Made by a program: the position numbers and the translations under genes
Notes under the pieces: model-generated
Seen by the model: the letters and a program-made list of their open reading frames with translations, nothing else
Told to the model about the DNA's origin: nothing
Database searches by the model: none
Virus record (IMG/VR): IMGVR_UViG_2695420596_000005
Coordinates: 1-28,070 of that record
Direction: 5' to 3' (one strand)
DNA from: a virus
Lineage: Duplodnaviria > Heunggongvirae > Uroviricota > Caudoviricetes
DNA length: 28,070 bases
Shown here: positions 26,738 through 28,070 of the stretch, one piece after another
Numbering within the stretch: position 1 is the stretch's first letter
How the letters are laid out: every line of letters begins with the position of its first letter

Positions 26738-27046
26738 ATGCTTATCGGTGAAAAAATTAGAGTGATTCGTGAATCAGAGGATTTAACGCGCGAAGAATTT
26801 TGCGGCCTGATTGATGTGCCTATCGGCACTTTGCGTCGTTATGAAACGGGGCGGATTGAAAACATAGGGGGCGAAGTGCTTATCAAGATTGTTAATCACC
26901 CTCGCTTTTTTAAGTACATGAATTGGCTTATGACGGGAAAAACAAATGAGGCTGCTGGGCAGATCAGTCCCTCTCTCTCCCCTGATGGGCCAGAAAACAC
27001 ATCGTCTTCTCAAAAATCCCGCAAGACTGGTACACAGCCCGGTTAA
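26738..27046 (+). CDS. C: Immunity repressor, P2 C-like (HTH)
   Basis: 102 aa; EKIRVIRESEDLTREEFCGLIDVPIGTLRRYETGR...NHPRFFKYMNWLMTGK aligns with remembered P2 C; directly upstream of, and co-oriented with, the integrase. Confidence 0.8.
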   Translation: MLIGEKIRVIRESEDLTREEFCGLIDVPIGTLRRYETGRIENIGGEVLIKIVNHPRFFKYMNWLMTGKTNEAAGQISPSLSPDGPENTSSSQKSRKTGTQPG

Positions 27047-27095
27047 TCATGGAACGCTGGGGGCATGGTGGTCTTGTAACGCTGGGGTTTCACGA

Positions 27096-28070
27096 ATGAG
27101 CATAAAATCAATTCCGGGAGGGTATCTTCTTGACATGCGCCCTGAGGGGCGTAAAGGCAAACGCATTCGCAAAAAATTTAAAACGAAATCGGATGCAGTT
27201 TTATATGAGCGGTGGGTGCTGGCGCAACAGCATAACAATGAGTGGAAAGGAAACTCCATTGATCGCCGTCCGCTGTCGGTGCTTATTGACTTGTGGTGGA
27301 AATACCACGGCCAGCTAATGAAGTCAGGGCATAACACGCGCCTTAAATTGCTGCGCTTGAGTGAGGCAATGGATGACCCGTGTGTGCATAAACTTAATAC
27401 AACGATGCTCACCGAGCTACGTGTGTCCAGGATAGAGCAGGGGATACAGCCCAGCACCATTAATCGAGAGATTGGGGCGTTAAGCGCGATGTTTACCGCA
27501 CTCATCTCATCCGGCCATTTTCTTAACGATAACCCCGTTCAAGGCCTTAAAGGAATGAAGGTTAACGAGCGCGAAATGGGATATCTGAGTAAGTCTGAAT
27601 GTGTTCAGTTGCTGGATGCACTGGCTGAAAATCCCGATGAACGGCTGGCTGTCGAAATCCTTCTGTCGACCGGGGCGCGATGGGGCGAGGTAGCGGCACT
27701 GGAGCAGCGCCGTGTTCTTCATTGTCGAATCACTTTTTCAAAAACGAAGAACAGCAAAAACCGTACCGTTCCTATTTCTGAAAGCCTGTTTGAAAAGATC
27801 AAAAAACGGGGCGGGAAACTGGTGTTTCCGACGCTGGATTATCCATTGGTTCGCGATGTCATCAAAACGGTCGCACCTGATGTTCCTGACGGCCAGGCTG
27901 TTCATGCGCTGCGCCACACCTTCGCCAGTCATTTCATGATGAACGGCGGCAATATTCTGACGCTCCAGAAAATTCTGGGGCACGCAAAGATTCAGACAAC
28001 GATGATTTATGCCCATCTTGCGCCGGATTACTTGCAGGATGCGGTGAGATTTAATCCTATTGCTGGGTAA
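27096..28070 (+). CDS. int: Tyrosine integrase, P2 Int-like
   Basis: Start at MSIKSIPGGYLLDMRPEGRKGKRIRKKFKTKSDAV (ATG 27096), near-collinear with the remembered P2 Int N-terminus. C-terminal HALRHTFASHFMMNGGNILTLQKILGHAKIQTTMIYAHLAPDY carries the R...HxxR...Y catalytic signature. The gene ends at the window edge. Confidence 0.9.
   Translation: MSIKSIPGGYLLDMRPEGRKGKRIRKKFKTKSDAVLYERWVLAQQHNNEWKGNSIDRRPLSVLIDLWWKYHGQLMKSGHNTRLKLLRLSEAMDDPCVHKLNTTMLTELRVSRIEQGIQPSTINREIGALSAMFTALISSGHFLNDNPVQGLKGMKVNEREMGYLSKSECVQLLDALAENPDERLAVEILLSTGARWGEVAALEQRRVLHCRITFSKTKNSKNRTVPISESLFEKIKKRGGKLVFPTLDYPLVRDVIKTVAPDVPDGQAVHALRHTFASHFMMNGGNILTLQKILGHAKIQTTMIYAHLAPDYLQDAVRFNPIAG

Noticed and set aside
1-28070. 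tRNA genes, rRNA genes, CRISPR arrays
   Set aside because: No cloverleaf-like conserved tRNA features and no regularly spaced short direct repeats were recognised on visual reading; the integrase ends at the window edge, so any att-associated tRNA would lie outside.

Overview
This window is a rearranged, defective P2-family prophage from an enterobacterial-type genome, annotated by reading the supplied translations against remembered P2 protein families; nothing was searched or computed. Left to right: (1) 1-2813, a Gin/Hin-type multiple-inversion tail-fibre module (5'-truncated fibre gene, tail-fibre assembly gene, two promoterless inverted alternative fibre C-terminal cassettes, three 26-bp hix/gix-like sites, serine invertase). 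(2) 2840-8425 (minus strand), tail genes U, T (tape measure), E/E' with a candidate -1 frameshift, FII (tube), FI (sheath). (3) 8583-10953 (plus strand), gene D, an AT-rich membrane-protein moron, and the Ogr-like zinc-finger late activator. (4) ~11110-12216, an IS481-family-like insertion sequence. (5) 12218-22514, a truncated tfa remnant, a complete P2 H-like fibre, baseplate I/J/W/V, small terminase M, capsid N, scaffold O (all minus), then large terminase P and portal Q (plus). (6) 22515-23018, the cos-proximal non-coding region. (7) 23019-26302 (minus), an AT-rich, translationally coupled AAA+ ATPase plus S8 subtilase pair. (8) 26738-28070, C-type immunity repressor and P2-type tyrosine integrase. 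The strongest candidate for the system of interest is the ATPase-subtilase pair, which sits where P2 carries cox-B-A-tin-old. From memory its architecture resembles the IetAS family (ATPase plus S8 protease) rather than being wholly new, and this needs an HMM check. The element lacks the lysis, head-completion, tail-completion and replication genes. No tRNA, rRNA or CRISPR array was recognised.
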